DNA of 64,000 nucleotides, from contig JAQGDQ010000051.1 of assembly GCA_030141605.1 (NCBI GenBank), forward strand, positions 642,628 to 706,627, written 5' to 3'. Origin of the DNA: Tubiluchus corallicola (Eukaryota; Animalia; Priapulida). This document shows, one piece after another, positions 38,152 through 51,604 of this stretch. Position 1 is the stretch's first letter, and every line of letters begins with the position of its first letter. The notes under the pieces were generated by a model. That model made no database searches and was not told the origin of the DNA. It saw only the letters and a list, made by a program, of their open reading frames with translations. Position numbers and translations under genes: made by a program.

Positions 38152-39400
38152 TTATTTGCCATAAAACAATGATAGTATAGATTATACAATGTGAAATATC
38201 ATTCAGTGATTGCCTGGGCTACACTGCTAATAGGCAAATGTGTCTGGTGCAAAAAATTAGAACTACGACAGTGGTAGGGGTGCATAAAAAACACAAGTAA
38301 TAAAGTAAAAAAAAGATATGAGCTACAATAAATACTCCTACCTAAAAAAAAACTAAAGCACACTTTTACAAATACAATCTCATATAAAATACTACATATC
38401 ATAGACATAATTAACACACGTATGTTCACATAGACACAAAGCCATCTCATGGTATAATTAAACATCCGAACAGTACAATAATTTGTGTTTATATATAAAG
38501 CAATAGGCTATATATCGTATGTACACATACATGTACATAGCTTCAAATAAACACGACAAATAGAAAACATTACAGATATTACACTACCCAAGTCTTACCA
38601 AAACGTTCAAGTACTACAGTAATACACTTAAATTTTAATGAACAACTGAATACACATAACTTTGCTTTTAATGAATTTGCGGGTAAATAAAGTTAGAATT
38701 CGAGCTGATATTATCATTTTGATGGGCTGGATATTTGAATCTTTCCATTGTGTGTTTTCTAATTAATGTTTTGAGTTTTGCTAGTGATTCAGCTCTTTTA
38801 ATTTCGACCGGTAATGAGTTCCAAAGATTTACTGCTTGCTTAGTAAATGAGTTATGACGATAAGAGTTGTTAGTCTTAATTTGCTTAATATTATGTGTTC
38901 TGGAATTTAAAACAGAGATCGCAAGAAAAGATAATTTGTTGTACCAGAATTTACGTTATGAACGTATTCGTACAGAAAAATAAGAGTGAAATAATCCTTA
39001 TGTGACTCAAGAATAGGAAATTTTGCAGCTAACCTCAATTCAGTTGCTGAACTGTACGGATTATATGACGATTTCTTATGAGACTTTTTCGTCGACTTTT
39101 GTCATTACATTTTTTACATACTGAAAGTTTGATTTTTTGTTCCTTCACCGGCTTTTTCGATTTACATAACTCACAGCTTTTCCTGCTATTGCTTGCCATT
39201 ATTACTTTCCTGCTACTCATTTTGTACGCCAAATTTACATGCGTAATTAACTCTAGCCTCGAAGCTCGTTAGGAAATGAGGCACACTCTACGACGGTCAG
39301 TACTTATCAATTCGCCGTTAAAAGTATGATGTGCTTTAATCTCCGTGGTCTTTGTATTATTATTTTAATACGTTCCATAGCACAACAAAACTTCAATGAG
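38095..39400 (-). mobile_element. Internally deleted LINE with (TA)n tail
   Basis: CxxC..CxxC short ORF (39035-39232) is joined to ORF2 C-terminal YNPYSSATEL...RHNSFTKQAVNLWNSLP. AATAAA at 38151-38156 abuts (TA)n at 38095-38149. Confidence 0.65.
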
Positions 39401-39535
39401 CCACTGCTGACTATTCACAAAATAAATCAACTTCATGGTAAAAGAACACGCAGTAAGGATGCTTATAAACATCAGCTACTTGCCAAACCCAAATGATGAA
39501 CACATTTTGAAAAAGATATACATAAAAACACTTAC

Positions 39536-39721
39536 CACTGCCTGGAGCTTTGTCCCCAATGATTCCTTTGGTGTGACTATTGCTCTTTTCAATTGCTCTA
39601 CTGCTTACAATACTGCTGTAGCTTGAAACATGATCTGAAACTTTTGATGGAAATGTGGCAGAGTCCATGTGTCTTACAGCAAATGACTCAGTCTGGGCTG
39701 CCAAGTCAGTTAAAAAATCAT
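39536..39721 (-). CDS. TMEM131: TMEM131 exon (DDFLTDLAAQTESF...SSYSSIVSS...APGS)
   Basis: tttatag acceptor, g|gtaagt donor, phase 1/1. The SSYSSIV motif is shared with vertebrate TMEM131. Confidence 0.85.
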
Positions 39722-40994
39722 CTATAAATACAACCACATAAAAACACATTAGCTTAAAGATAAAAGTGTATTCCACTACTTAAGCAACCTAAGTTATAAA
39801 CAACAGAACTGAAGACAAAATTTTAAATGCATTTATTTTACAATTCATTTGTCGCCACACACAAGTCAGGTTTGCAGCGAGTAGTTTCTAAGACCAGCAT
39901 CAGGCTTGCTAGAAGATAAATCAGAATGTAGCTCAGGTGGGAGTGGAAGACAAAAGTAAAAAAAAGTGATTAATCAGAAGAAAGGGGTAACAGAATATAA
40001 GCAAAAGTCAAAAGATCAAACACAGTAAGAGGTTCACTTAACATGTTTCAGCCAAGAATTTAATATAAGAACAATATTTAGAATCTGCATAATTCCATCT
40101 AGTGGACAATTCTTTTCCAGAATTTCATGGTGTCATACGAGGATGCAAGCATTCAACATAAAGGAAAGATGCAGTTTACAGCACATAAATGTATAGCCGA
40201 AATGAAGGACTTCGTAATGAACGACTGCAGAGTTAACAGTGAAGTATATCATGGTATGAACTGCTGCATGTTGTAGTCAAACAGTAAACTTTGTGACAAT
40301 TAATTTTGTTAGTTTAGGCAAGGCAGAAAATTTGTACGGGTGAAAACTTGTTATCCTAAGTGAGGTGCTTTGCTGATTTTTGACGAATGGCACAATAGAA
40401 GCCTTAAAGCAGGTGGAACTGTTTTTATATACCCGAAAAGACAAAAGAACGCTTGCAGTAATCATGTGCTGATTAAGCACGCATAGGTGAAAAACAGTCC
40501 TGGCAATCGCTCACCTCAACCCCAGGTCTGCTTACAAGCTGAACTGCAACCTATATCGGAGGTTCTAAATGAGTTAAGTGATAGCGACAAAGAGCATCTG
40601 AAATATGAAGCGAATTTTAAACCTTTTTTGGCGATTTTATGCAGAGCAGATTTCATGTATCACGCAAATAGTAGTATGATCTGTAATTTTGGTTTTGTAA
40701 ATAGCCAAACCAAAATGAAAATTTTCAGGACTTATTGTCACAGTTTATATAGAAGCTAGGTATGGCGTCTAGGTAATTATAATTTTAAATTTATCAATAT
40801 TTCCTAGAATACTGCCATGAGTAAGTTATGGTGCCTCCCATAGTGAGCACACACATGTATTTTTTATATTGCCAATAATATACATCCCAGTCAAAGGTTT
40901 GTCAAGTGTTTTATTAAATACTATGTTAGTCGTATGTTAAGTTTTTGGCACACCGAGCGCAATTTAATGTTAAATCACCAATGACTTTAATTCG

Positions 40995-40998
<4 letters not shown>

Positions 40999-41035
<37 letters not shown>
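40999..41035. repeat. (AT)n microsatellite
   Basis: Perfect AT dinucleotide run. Confidence 0.95.
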
Positions 41036-41039
<4 letters not shown>

Positions 41040-43099
41040 ACTAAGCTGTGGTACTTATCAGTTAAAAAAATGGATATAAAATTTTTGCAAGAAGATCAGT
41101 GAGAAAAAATGCTATGATAAGAAACTAAAAGACAATTGTTAATATGGCCAGAGACTGCATCAAATTAGAAAGCAATGATTTTTATTTTTTAAACCAAGCA
41201 CAACTGCAATCAATATTAGATTACATTATTACATGTTAATCAGTAAGAATGTACTGCTTGTATATTTTATAAGAATTATTTGGTTTTATTGTGATTTGAT
41301 ATTACTGATTAGGCTCATTACTTTTTGATTATAGTTTTCATTACTAACTGTGTGTCGTATCATTATCTGTTTTCTTTGTTTATCCCTCTATAATTATTTT
41401 GATTGATAACGTTTTTTTAAATGAAATACTTATGTATGTATATTAAGAATGTTAGAAATAAAATTACATTAGTAATAACAACTTATGAATACATTATGAT
41501 TATTTTTAACAGGTTACAGCATTACAAATAGACAAGTTCTTAATTTATGTAGTTGCATGCCCTATACTCCGTTGCAAAAATACTGAACACATTACTCAAT
41601 GTTACTGTGATGACATCACCAAGTTAAAGGTCACATGATCAGAAAACTATGTGGTGCACTCGGAAAAGCAATTAATTCTAGGTAAGTTCATACATTTGCT
41701 CACTTAATTACGTGATTATTTCACAAAATCAGTCAAAATGTCATTCCAGGATATGTTCCTTGAAGTTTTGCTGAAAAACTGAGTGAGACTGGGTTTTTAA
41801 TTTACGGGAATACTAAAGTGTAAAACAATGTAAGTTTAGAACATTTGCTGTGTCTTATTAAAGCGATTTCATCGACAATTTTTAATCGATATGTTTCACG
41901 AACTCCTAAAGGTGAATTTTTATGTTTAAGAATTCCTGCTTTCACCCTGTGATCGGTTTTCACAAGCGCTACGCCATATTTGGTACATTTCTTTCCATGG
42001 TGGCATAAGCTATGACATCATCTCGTCCTCACGTATAGCCTGAGCAATTAAATACTAGTATATGCAGAAAACAGTGCAGTTTCTCACTGTTTTTAGGGAA
42101 CAATGTCTAAGTTGACTGCTAAAAATCAATACATACAGTAAATAGCAGGAACACGGAGAGTAATAGAATAATTTTACTAATTTGTAAACAGCAGAGCTTC
42201 TCTGCTAGAATTCAATGTTTGCGTACTTTTCCTGTCTTAGTTGTTAACACTTGGCCTCTAACAACATTCATCCATTTTCTTGTGATATAAAAATGTAATA
42301 ACTTGCTCCCTCAATGCTACCCATACTTAGTTGCATATATTACGTGAAATTCCTAAAGCCATTTACACAAGGATTTACCATCATTAAATGCACAACAGAA
42401 AGTAGTAGCCAGCTGGCCAATATTCATTTATTCTCAGGAAAATAATATGATGATTGTATGTGAAAATCATTCACAAACATGAAAATGTGAATGAGACATG
42501 GAATTTAAAAAATAGAGAAAATAAAGTATTTTTATTAAGTCAAGCTTATTGGCATAAAATAAATGAAATTTATTAAACCTATAATGATGGTCTTTCTTTA
42601 CCTGCTAATCTTAAATCATTTAATTTTGGTTTTCAGTGGCATTGTGAAAGCATTTACAAAGAGGTGGCTATGGGTGTAGAAGCGCCCCCTACCGCCCTTT
42701 CCCCAAGCTTAGGGTGTGATTTTTCTTGCACCCAAGGCATTTTAGAGGTGGCCTAAAATGAAACAAATTGTAGAAACTACGTTATGGAATCATGAGTAGA
42801 CAGTGTAGATAGCTAAAAATAACGCTACTGTTGCTTTTATATGAATTCTAAACTACTAAGCAAAGCACCACACTTGCTACTAAATGATCAATCAATGATC
42901 ACTGAATGTGGGTGACTTAGTAAGCTTGGAGATTATGCTTAGTTTTATACATGTAAGTATTGGAATTAGATCAATTAACAGGATACACTTAAACCAGTTT
43001 ATAAATATAACACAGCAGTAAAGTAATTCCAGCCTTGCAACCACAGCCAGGGTCTGAATTACAGTCACTGTTCACTGTTCTGTAATCAGTGCAGTCCCT

Positions 43100-44400
43100 T
43101 TTCGCGGACAGAAGCATACTGAGAGCTGGTTTAAATGCTTTTATAGGCAGTGTGTCCAGTACTGTGACATCAATGATCACAATGAGTGATCCCATTCTCC
43201 AGACCAAAAAATGCACTGGAAAATGATTCCTCAGTGTGATCACCATTACTGTGACAGCTGTATGGGAAGCACACATGTCTCCTTGTGTGGCCTATATAGT
43301 AGGTATCGCAGCCTGGGCAGCAATATTGGTAGATCACCTAGTAAGTACATACAGCATCACAAACTTTAGGTATCAGAGCCTAGCATAACTTGTGCATTGG
43401 AATACACCATTCTAAGACTGAGAACACAGACCACGTTTACATGTCATAGCAGACTGAGCAATAATCAAGAGAAAAAAGGAAGAATAATTCATTACTTTAC
43501 TCAAGAGCACCACTGTGGACCATAAGAGAAAATGTGATGTAACTTTTTTTACATAAAAAGCTTTTTTAATAGAGGATAATTTCTGGAAACAGACAGAAAT
43601 TAGAATATTACAGCTTAGCATGAGTTTCAGAGAATAGAGTGGGTTTTTGACGTGCTCAGCAATGCGATAATTAAGCTGGCCAGAAGGTTTTTCTAATGTA
43701 CCGGCTGCCACATTTGTGGCATTATATTTATAGATTCCCCATAATAGCTGCTCACTACCAGATCGCTCAAATGCAGAATTGAGCACAAGCTACAAACACT
43801 TGTAAACACTGGAGTGGTAGATGCTTTCCTAAATATTAGACTAATACTTTTTACATGATTGCTGGTTATGTACTGTAACTTGACAAGCCTCTTGCTATTT
43901 TCTGGATTAGAATCATTTTCAAGATGAGTACTATTACATTTAGGTGGTGAACTACTTTCCACGATAATTAAGCTCAAACGACATCAATACCTTAACTTCA
44001 CTCGTTTATTTTTGTATAAAATTCTGTATCACTGTTGAGGCCGAAGTTGCTTGCTTTGTTAGTAATATTTTTTATTTCACAATTCAAATAGTGTTTTGAG
44101 GAAGACAACAGGATAGCCCTATGCACCAACAAGTTTACGGAAGCACATCTGTATTTGTTAACTACACAAGACCGTTTATTACATAAAGATAAAATGGATT
44201 TTCTATAAACCAAAAATTATTAATGCTTACTATTGTCAAAGTCGACTAGCCCATTGAAATTCAACACATTGGTGTTGGTTGTTTAGTACATAAATCGTAA
44301 GCTGAGGTTTAAATGATTTAACGTAAACTAACATGAATATTCTCACTGAAAGCCAAGAATGTCTTACGAACGTATCACCTGTAAAATCAGCAATCAACTA
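43100..44400 (-). mobile_element. Penelope-like retroelement remnants (RT thumb, linker, GIY-YIG endonuclease)
   Basis: VYRKS...LLVHRAILLSS...LNCEI (43998-44213), linker LQYI...SLIFRK..TPVFTS, frameshifted GIYKYxCHKCGSRYIxKT..LNYRIAEH (~43650-43740), and a second motif VIYQYCCPGCDTYYIGHTRRH (~43275-43337). Confidence 0.8.
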
Positions 44401-44699
44401 CTATGGGAAGCCTAATGTGATTTATAAGTGAAGAGCATGCCACTTATAACTGTCACGGATGTGGCATCCACTATATAAGGCAAACTGCCTGCCAGTTTAA
44501 TTATCACACTGATGAACACAAGTCAAATATTGTCTAAAGCTCATGCTATGCTCTGTGCTGCCACCAGGTTAGTTACAAGAACAAAAAAAAGATAACATAT
44601 CTCCAGCTGTTTTGCAAACTACACGAGACACCCATTTAACAAAGAATCAAATTTAAAATTTAAAACCAATTATAAATGTTAGAGCACAGAATTTTTAAT

Positions 44700-45187
44700 G
44701 ACAAAGCATCAGCTTATCTTAAGGAACTGATTTGCAAATACATCCTCGACACACCCATACATCAACTAACAAGTTCGAACTTGTTGTACTGCTCAATAAG
44801 CACAATAAAATGTAAACCAATGGAGGTTTCTCTGTGACTGCTCCAGTCCTGTGGAACAAAATTCCAGTACCGACTGCTTAACTGTAGTAATGTAGAAACT
44901 TTTAAAGCTAAATTTAAGATGTATATTTTCTATGAATATTTCACTTAATCAGTTCATTTATAAGGAATTTTACTACACTATGTATTATTAATGTTTTAAC
45001 TTGTTTGTATCTCATGATGTAACTTTGCAAGTTTACCTAAGTAAATTTATCATCAATGTCTTAACATGCATTTCATCGTGCTTTTATATATCAATTGTAG
45101 GCCTTTAGGTATTAATTACTTTTACTTGCAAGCAAAGCTGTGTAGTGCAGTGTAGCACTGTAAAAATCAATAAATATTATTATTATA
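44700..45187 (+). mobile_element. L2-like LINE 3' end
   Basis: FSVTAPVLWNKIP...VETFKAKFKMYIF, then aataaatattattattat tail. Confidence 0.6.
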
Positions 45188-45899
45188 ACTTCTTCTGATG
45201 AATTGATAAAGCTACTACCAGATAAGAACTGCTTATAAAAGAAGCATTAAACACAAAGGAGTTACATCCTAACTTGATAGTAAGATTTGAGGTCAAATAT
45301 ATAAATTATTGTTATAAAATTTAATGTTTTTTGCTGACTTCGGTTACTCTCTTTTGCAAGGAGTAATGCTTGTGGATTAAGTAGCAAATTGCTTTTCTTT
45401 CTGTTTCAGATTTTTTAATTATTCATATTGTTCAATCTTTGATAGCATGTAGAAATGTTTTAACATTCAGCTAAATTTGATAAAATGCGAAGTTTGGAAA
45501 GATTCAAATGTATAAATTAATGATGATCATTAACAAGTCTGATGTGCTAATGAAATATAGATTTATACTGCTCCCTTCATGTGTATATTTGAAACTGTAG
45601 CCACACTTTATTAATAAAATAATTAATTTTCTAGTAAATTAGAAGTTTACATACTTGTAATCCAGTAGACAAACTTGACAAAGTTTTTTTTATTGAATTT
45701 GTTTGTTCATTACGCGTACTTGATAAAAGCCAAGCTAGCAAGGTTAAGCATTTTTGTAACAACAATGATTTAAAACTTGATGAAACTTGTGCCAACATTG
45801 TTTAATTTAGTGCACATTTTAGTAGTTTATAACTTCCAAATTTTTCTTTATACATGGACGAAGTGAATCGTACATGCTTATTACTCAGAGCGTGATGAG

Positions 45900-47485
45900 T
45901 AATATCACTGGATGTGATGAAAATGAAACAATAATTGAATCCAATAAGAAGTGAAATGATAATTTTCATAACAGGCTGCAAGACCCTTTGAATAAAAACT
46001 CAAAATTCACTATCAAGCTCCATAGTACTTGTGTAACAAATTATACATAGAAAAGCCATATTAACAAGGACTTGAAGAAGAGGACTGGGTGTGATGCAAC
46101 AGAATCTTAAACTGAGCTTGAGTCCTAAAAGGCATTCATAATAACCATTACTTAACTTTCAAAACTGATTTTAATTTTCGGGGATAATTGTATTCCAAGG
46201 GACCCTAAAAATCAGTGCAGAGCAGTTGAGTTGAAGTCAAAACTTTTAAAAATTTTTAGGTACAAACTGATAAGCAAGCATCAGAGGTGCAGCTTTGTAT
46301 TACTTAAGCATTTCTGATTTACATGCAGCAGGTGCTCAACATCACAATGATTTCTTTAAGTCTTTCACTGCACAGTGACATGTTATCTTGGCAGCTGCAA
46401 ATGTCGTCGGAGATAAACCTAGCTTTCGTGATGATGTGCTTTTAAAATGTCCTATAATGGCAATAGAGAAAGACCCTAACGAGCATGGAATTCACTTGAT
46501 ATCTATTCAACAAAGCCTTAAGAGCTCTTTGCAAACTCTTACAAGAACTTTTGAAAATATAAACTCACTCCTGTGCCTGCTTCCTTATTTGGAAATCATG
46601 AGAAAGGGAAGAGTGTTCTGTTGACAAAACTACCATGATATGCTTCAACATGTCTGGGACTAACAGAGCTGGAAATCATTGATAGCAGAAATACATTACA
46701 TCATATAACTTGGTCAATGAGGGTACAGCAAAACACCTCAGACTTTCCCTTTGTCACTTTCTCAATGTAACATCCAACCTAGATAGCATTTGACAAATAC
46801 TTGCCAGGTTCAGTCAAATCACATGAAAGGAGATGATGTGCCACTCCACAACACCACAAACTATTTTGTGATTCTCCTCTCCAACAACAAGACACTCTGA
46901 TGAAGAGTGACTACAAGAAGCATAATCAAAGTGCTGTGCGGCATTGGTCAGGAATCCCCACTTCTGCATCTGATTGGTGAAGAACACTGTCAGTGCGACA
47001 GTAAGGAAAAAACTCACATTAGCATTGTGAGCTACCTTTTCTTGATTCATGAGGATAAAAGCTATATGATCTTACAATATAGAAAAAGAACCTTAACTGT
47101 GTTGAAAATTGCTTCAAAAGGTGCATATTAAGTTCAAAACTAGAGGCTACAATTTTGCAAATTAAAAAAATTGCACAAGTTTGCTAGCTAGGCATTAAGA
47201 ATGTTCTTGAAACGGATATCCTGATACACATATTTCAGCAAAAACTGTTGTTCATACTAATTTTGATGGTTACTTAAAAGTTCTACTGGATTATTGAGTA
47301 GAAAGTATTTTAAAAATTGAACCACCTAATTTTCCCCAAAGTAAAATTTGCAAGGTCATACTATATGTTACAGGGGTTTTTAACCATAAAATGCCTAGAC
47401 TAAAAGGCAAAATAATAAAAGTTTTCAATAAAAGCCATTATCATTTCATATTTTTCCAACAAATTATTCTATTCCATCTGGCATT
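45900..47485 (+). mobile_element. Heavily decayed Academ-like transposase remnant
   Basis: Degenerate motifs LHSTCVTNYT (~46020), NFQN.F.F (~46155) and ISDLHAAGAQHHND (~46310). The right end resembles that of the 18330-20004 element. Confidence 0.35.
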
Positions 47486-47694
47486 AGAAATGCAACAACA
47501 AAGCTTTTATAGTAACTTTGTATAGTAACCAATGGCAATAATGCATTGTTGATAAGGACAAAGGCATCTGCATGCAAGCAAAAAAAAAAAAAAAAAAAAA
47601 AAGAAAATCATAATACCAGACAGATATCAAACCTATATTACTGTCCAAAAATATGCAAAGATACATTCATATAATAAAAATGTTAAATGCTAAC

Positions 47695-47781
47695 CAGAAT
47701 TTGCTGTTTCACTAGGATGGTCCCAAATGATTGGTGGAGACTCTTTACCATGGTCACTAGAGCTGCTGGACACTGGACTAG
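47695..47781 (-). CDS. TMEM131: TMEM131 exon (SPVSSSSSDHGKESPPIIWDHP...); alternative in-frame acceptor at 47805
   Basis: acacag acceptor, g|gttag donor, phase 1/1. KESPPIIWD resembles KDSPPPEWD of vertebrate TMEM131. Confidence 0.8.
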
Positions 47782-47960
47782 CTGTGTAAATTCTATGATG
47801 CCAGGCTATTAACATACAAAAAGCAATCATGCAATACAGTAAACATAGAAAATATCTTTAAATAAGCAAGCAACATACACTTATACATACTGAACGTGCA
47901 GGAACATGTAAGCAAGTGCACTCTCAATTACAAAAACATGACTTGCGTGGTTTCCTCATG

Positions 47961-48566
47961 AAACTAGAAGGGCACTCATCAAAGAGCAGACCTCTGTCAA
48001 AGGCTGCACAGTATACCTACTAATTACACAGCCTCTCAGTTAAGAAGTCACCAGTAACTGCTTCTATGTTTTACTCGAACCATTACAGTAACACAATTAT
48101 ACACATGTAAAGTGAGCAAAGGTTCAAAGTATAAGTGATGACATTACTACAATAGGCATTCTTAATTATAGCTTCCAAGAGGAAACTCCTCGAAAAAGCA
48201 CCTAGAAATAATCCATTGTCATTTATTCTGCTGGGCGTGCTTTCCTATCTTTTAGCTTAAAAAAGATCTATCCTATCTTGTAGTCTAATTCAATTCCTGT
48301 ATGTTTCTTTTTCCAAAGAGGTATAAAACTCCCTCCAACACCCAAGACATCCTGCAGGAAAGTTTTTTCTACATCGCATTTGTCAAGTTTTTTTAAAATG
48401 GGCCTGTGGAAAAAATTAAATGCATTCTTCCCTGCCGTATGTCACCCCCCCCCCCACAAAGTTGTGAAAAACGGTGAAGCAGTCTTTGCTCAATTTTAGT
48501 AACCAGCTAGTTAACTGACAAACAAACTAACTGCGATGGGAACATAATCTTCTTGGCAGAGTGTAA
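47961..48566 (-). mobile_element. Non-autonomous Helentron-like (HINE) element
   Basis: Ends aactagaagggcactc...gagcagacctctgtcaaagg and acaaacaaac...cataatcttcttggcagagtgtaa give asymmetric subterminal inverted repeats, a short microsatellite and a T-rich terminus. Confidence 0.6.
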
Positions 48567-48899
48567 TAATCCAATGAAACTTTAAATAGATAGTGTCAAT
48601 TTAGTACACAAAATAATACAAAGTAAGAAATTGCAAGTAATATTAACTGAAATGAGCCCTACTTTATTCTGGTTTCAGAAGTTTGTGATTTGAATCATTG
48701 AGAATTATAGAATAAAAAATATACCTACATGATTAATCACGTTATGAGTGAGAGTTGATGCTGTTGCTATAGTTATTGTATATTTCACTATAATACGTCT
48801 GTGTTATGACTCTCCAGGTTGAATTAAACAGCTAAAGTCAATAACACAAAAACTGTAGTGTCCTGAGCCCCAAGGTGGGTATTTGATGTAATTTGAAGG

Positions 48900-50350
48900 T
48901 TTGCATAATTTATAAGGTCACTCATGGAAGATGCTAAAAACTATATCAGGAAAAGTCATCAGCTAAATCAAAAATCAGTAGATGGATTACTTTACGAATC
49001 TTAAAAAATGACAGTTCCACTATTAACGAATTATTAAATTTATTTAGGAAATGTTTTGAAAGTGGCCTTACTCCTGCAACATGGAATAGTTCCATAATAA
49101 ACTACCTTTTGTTGTTTTATAGACTTTTATAAAGTTTTTGATAGCACTGACAAAGACTTTTTTGTTTTATAAGAAATGCAGGGTAAACTGGAAAACTGTA
49201 ATGCTATTAAATCTTTATATAATGATCACGTGTTAAATTAAATAATAAGCTCTTGGCACGGTTCTTCACGGAATTAGGTGTTAAACAAAGAGATAACGTT
49301 TCTATACATAAGCGGATTGGCTGAAGAAACAAAATGCTCTCAGCTTCGTGTTAAACTAACTGAAAACCTTTTTGTTGATATACTACTATATACTGATGAT
49401 ACTGTACTTACAGCTGAGTCACCTGAAAAGTTGCAAAAATGTTAGCAAAGAATGGCGACTAAATTTGAATGAAAAAAGACCAACGTAGAGCATTTCAGAA
49501 GCAAAATGATGCCAAAAACTCAATTCTGTTTTACTTGTGGGTCTAGTACTTTATCAGTTAAAACTCAGTACAAGTAAACAAGAGCTATTTTGGCCGACTC
49601 AGTTAGTCGTGCTTTAGGGTCAATCATTGCCAAATTATATACGTACAAAGGATTATATTTGTTTGATGTAAGTATTTCCTCAATACTTAATTATGTGCTG
49701 GTATATGGGTTTATAGGTTTCAGTCCATGTGAAAAGATTGATGCTATCCAAAATAGGGCCATTCTGTCATGGGGGTTCACAGGTTCACCCCGAATAAGGC
49801 AGTTAACGGTGAAGCCAGTTGGACTCCTAGTACCATAAGGAGAAAAACTAATATACTTCGATTTTGGAATAGAATGATGAAATTTGATTAAAACCGATTA
49901 ACTAAAACAGTTTTCCACTGGGATTGGAATTTGTGCGTCAACAAAAATGTCAAAAAATGGTCCTATGATGTAAGAGATTTTCTCTGACTGTAGCTTGCAA
50001 TTAGTTACTGGTGTTACAAATTCAGTAAATATCTTGCAAAGTAAACAAAAGCTTTTCAAACTGTTTAAAGCTGAATGGAATCACCAGGTTAATATTGAAC
50101 CAAGATTGAGCGTTTAAACTTTTTAAGCAAAGTTTTCATGTGGAACAATTTTTTTAGATCACAAAGATCACTTTTATCCCAATTTAGAAGTGGTGTTTTG
50201 CCTTTAAATATTGGGACTGGCTGATTTCACAGGTTTGCTTCACAGGAACCAATATTTACAGGCAAAATAGAAAACGAGATGCATTTCCTTCTTGACTGCC
50301 CATTTTACAATACACAAAGAAGGTATTATTTCAAAAATGTTGTCACATTG
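48900..50350 (+). mobile_element. Decayed RTE-X-like LINE
   Basis: FIDFYKVFDS, GVKQRDNVS, LLYTDDTVLTAESPEKLQ, QFRSGVLPLNIGTG and ENEMHFLLDCPFY appear in order, with many deletions. Confidence 0.75.
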
Positions 50351-50859
50351 AACAGGAACCATAACAATCACTTTGTGATTTAGCTTACTCTGTTTTTAAA
50401 TGACGTTTGACCTCAATTCATTTGGCACAGTTCAAACTTCAAGGTGCCTTCTGTAAGTTTTCATTATATGTATGGAAAGCAGCAATGAAGCACAACTATG
50501 AGACATATTTACAGTTATGAGTCAGCTTTCAATTAATCCAAAATTTTTGCAATAGGACACACAGCGAATATATAGCATATACATAGTCTGAAAAGTTAAG
50601 TCCTGCAATGCCACACATCAATTATTAGACAACTAACTCAAAAGCAGTAGTAGCAAGTAACAAATGCAAATTCTTTATAGAAACAAAGTTAACCTGTTTC
50701 TTGGATATAGTGAATCTGAAATTCTCCTGTTGTATGCATACCCCTTTCATAGCTTTATCATGTTTATGACTACTACTAAAAAATTCTTTACGTCGAGAAT
50801 GAACCAAGTTTTATTAATAATTGGTTATTTTATAAAAAAAAATTATTGGTGTTTATTAA

Positions 50860-50903
50860 GTGCAGACAATCGTTTCGACAGCAACTGTCATTATCAATGC
50901 TAG
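50860..50903 (-). ncRNA. Minimal type I hammerhead ribozyme candidate with U3-A8 core
   Basis: GCA-UUGAUAA-U-GACAG-UUG-CUGUC-GAAAC-GAUU-GUC-UGC: perfect 5-bp stem II, GAAA, GUC cleavage triplet, 3-bp stem I. Confidence 0.6.
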
Positions 50904-51559
50904 AAATCAAGCCAAAACAAATGACTAATATATTTACGGCACTAAAACCAAAGCACAATATGTAGTTACAAAATCAAAAGAGTGAAATTTGAATTGTCAA
51001 AATACAAGTAGAAATAAATAACTAGAAAGAGGTTCACGAGAAAATGTAAAAAGCCGTACCTCATACATGAGATTCAGGCGAAAAACACAAAAGCAGCAAA
51101 CAATTAACCTAACACAAGCAAAGTCTACTTAATGGGAGAAACCTGCCTCATAGTAATGGGTGCTAGGAGAATAAAATTTTTCACAACCAAGAGGAAACAT
51201 AATATGAGAAACCTACATCTGTTCAAAGCAACACAGAGACACAGTAATTCATAAAGACTAATATAGGACCAATAAAACACAGAATAATTTACAAAACAGA
51301 AATATATAGAGTGCGACATGGTGCTATCAATGATAGTTGGGTGTTGAGAATTGGGCAGGGCTTCATAATTCTTCATACCCACTATCACCTTCTTATGAAC
51401 TTCTTTCCAGTTATTTCTACTTGTGATTTCAACAATTTAAGTTTCACTCTTTTGAGTTTGCAACTGATTTGTAACTGTTTTGGGTTTGTTACTGAGTAAC
51501 TATATTTTGTGATTGGTTGTAGTGTCAAAAATGTATTAATTATTTGTTTGGCTTGATTT

Positions 51560-51604
51560 CTAGAATTGAAAATGACAGTTGGTGTCGAAATGATCTATTT
51601 GCAC
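51560..51604 (+). ncRNA. Degenerate second copy of the hammerhead motif
   Basis: ttgaaaa-t-gacag-ttg-gtgtc-gaaa-tgatc...tgca; stem II mismatch and damaged cleavage site. Confidence 0.4.

Noticed and set aside
45715-45765. Another U3-A8 hammerhead (cttgataaaagcc...ggttaagc)
   Set aside because: Stem II is weak and GAAA is absent; too decayed to support.
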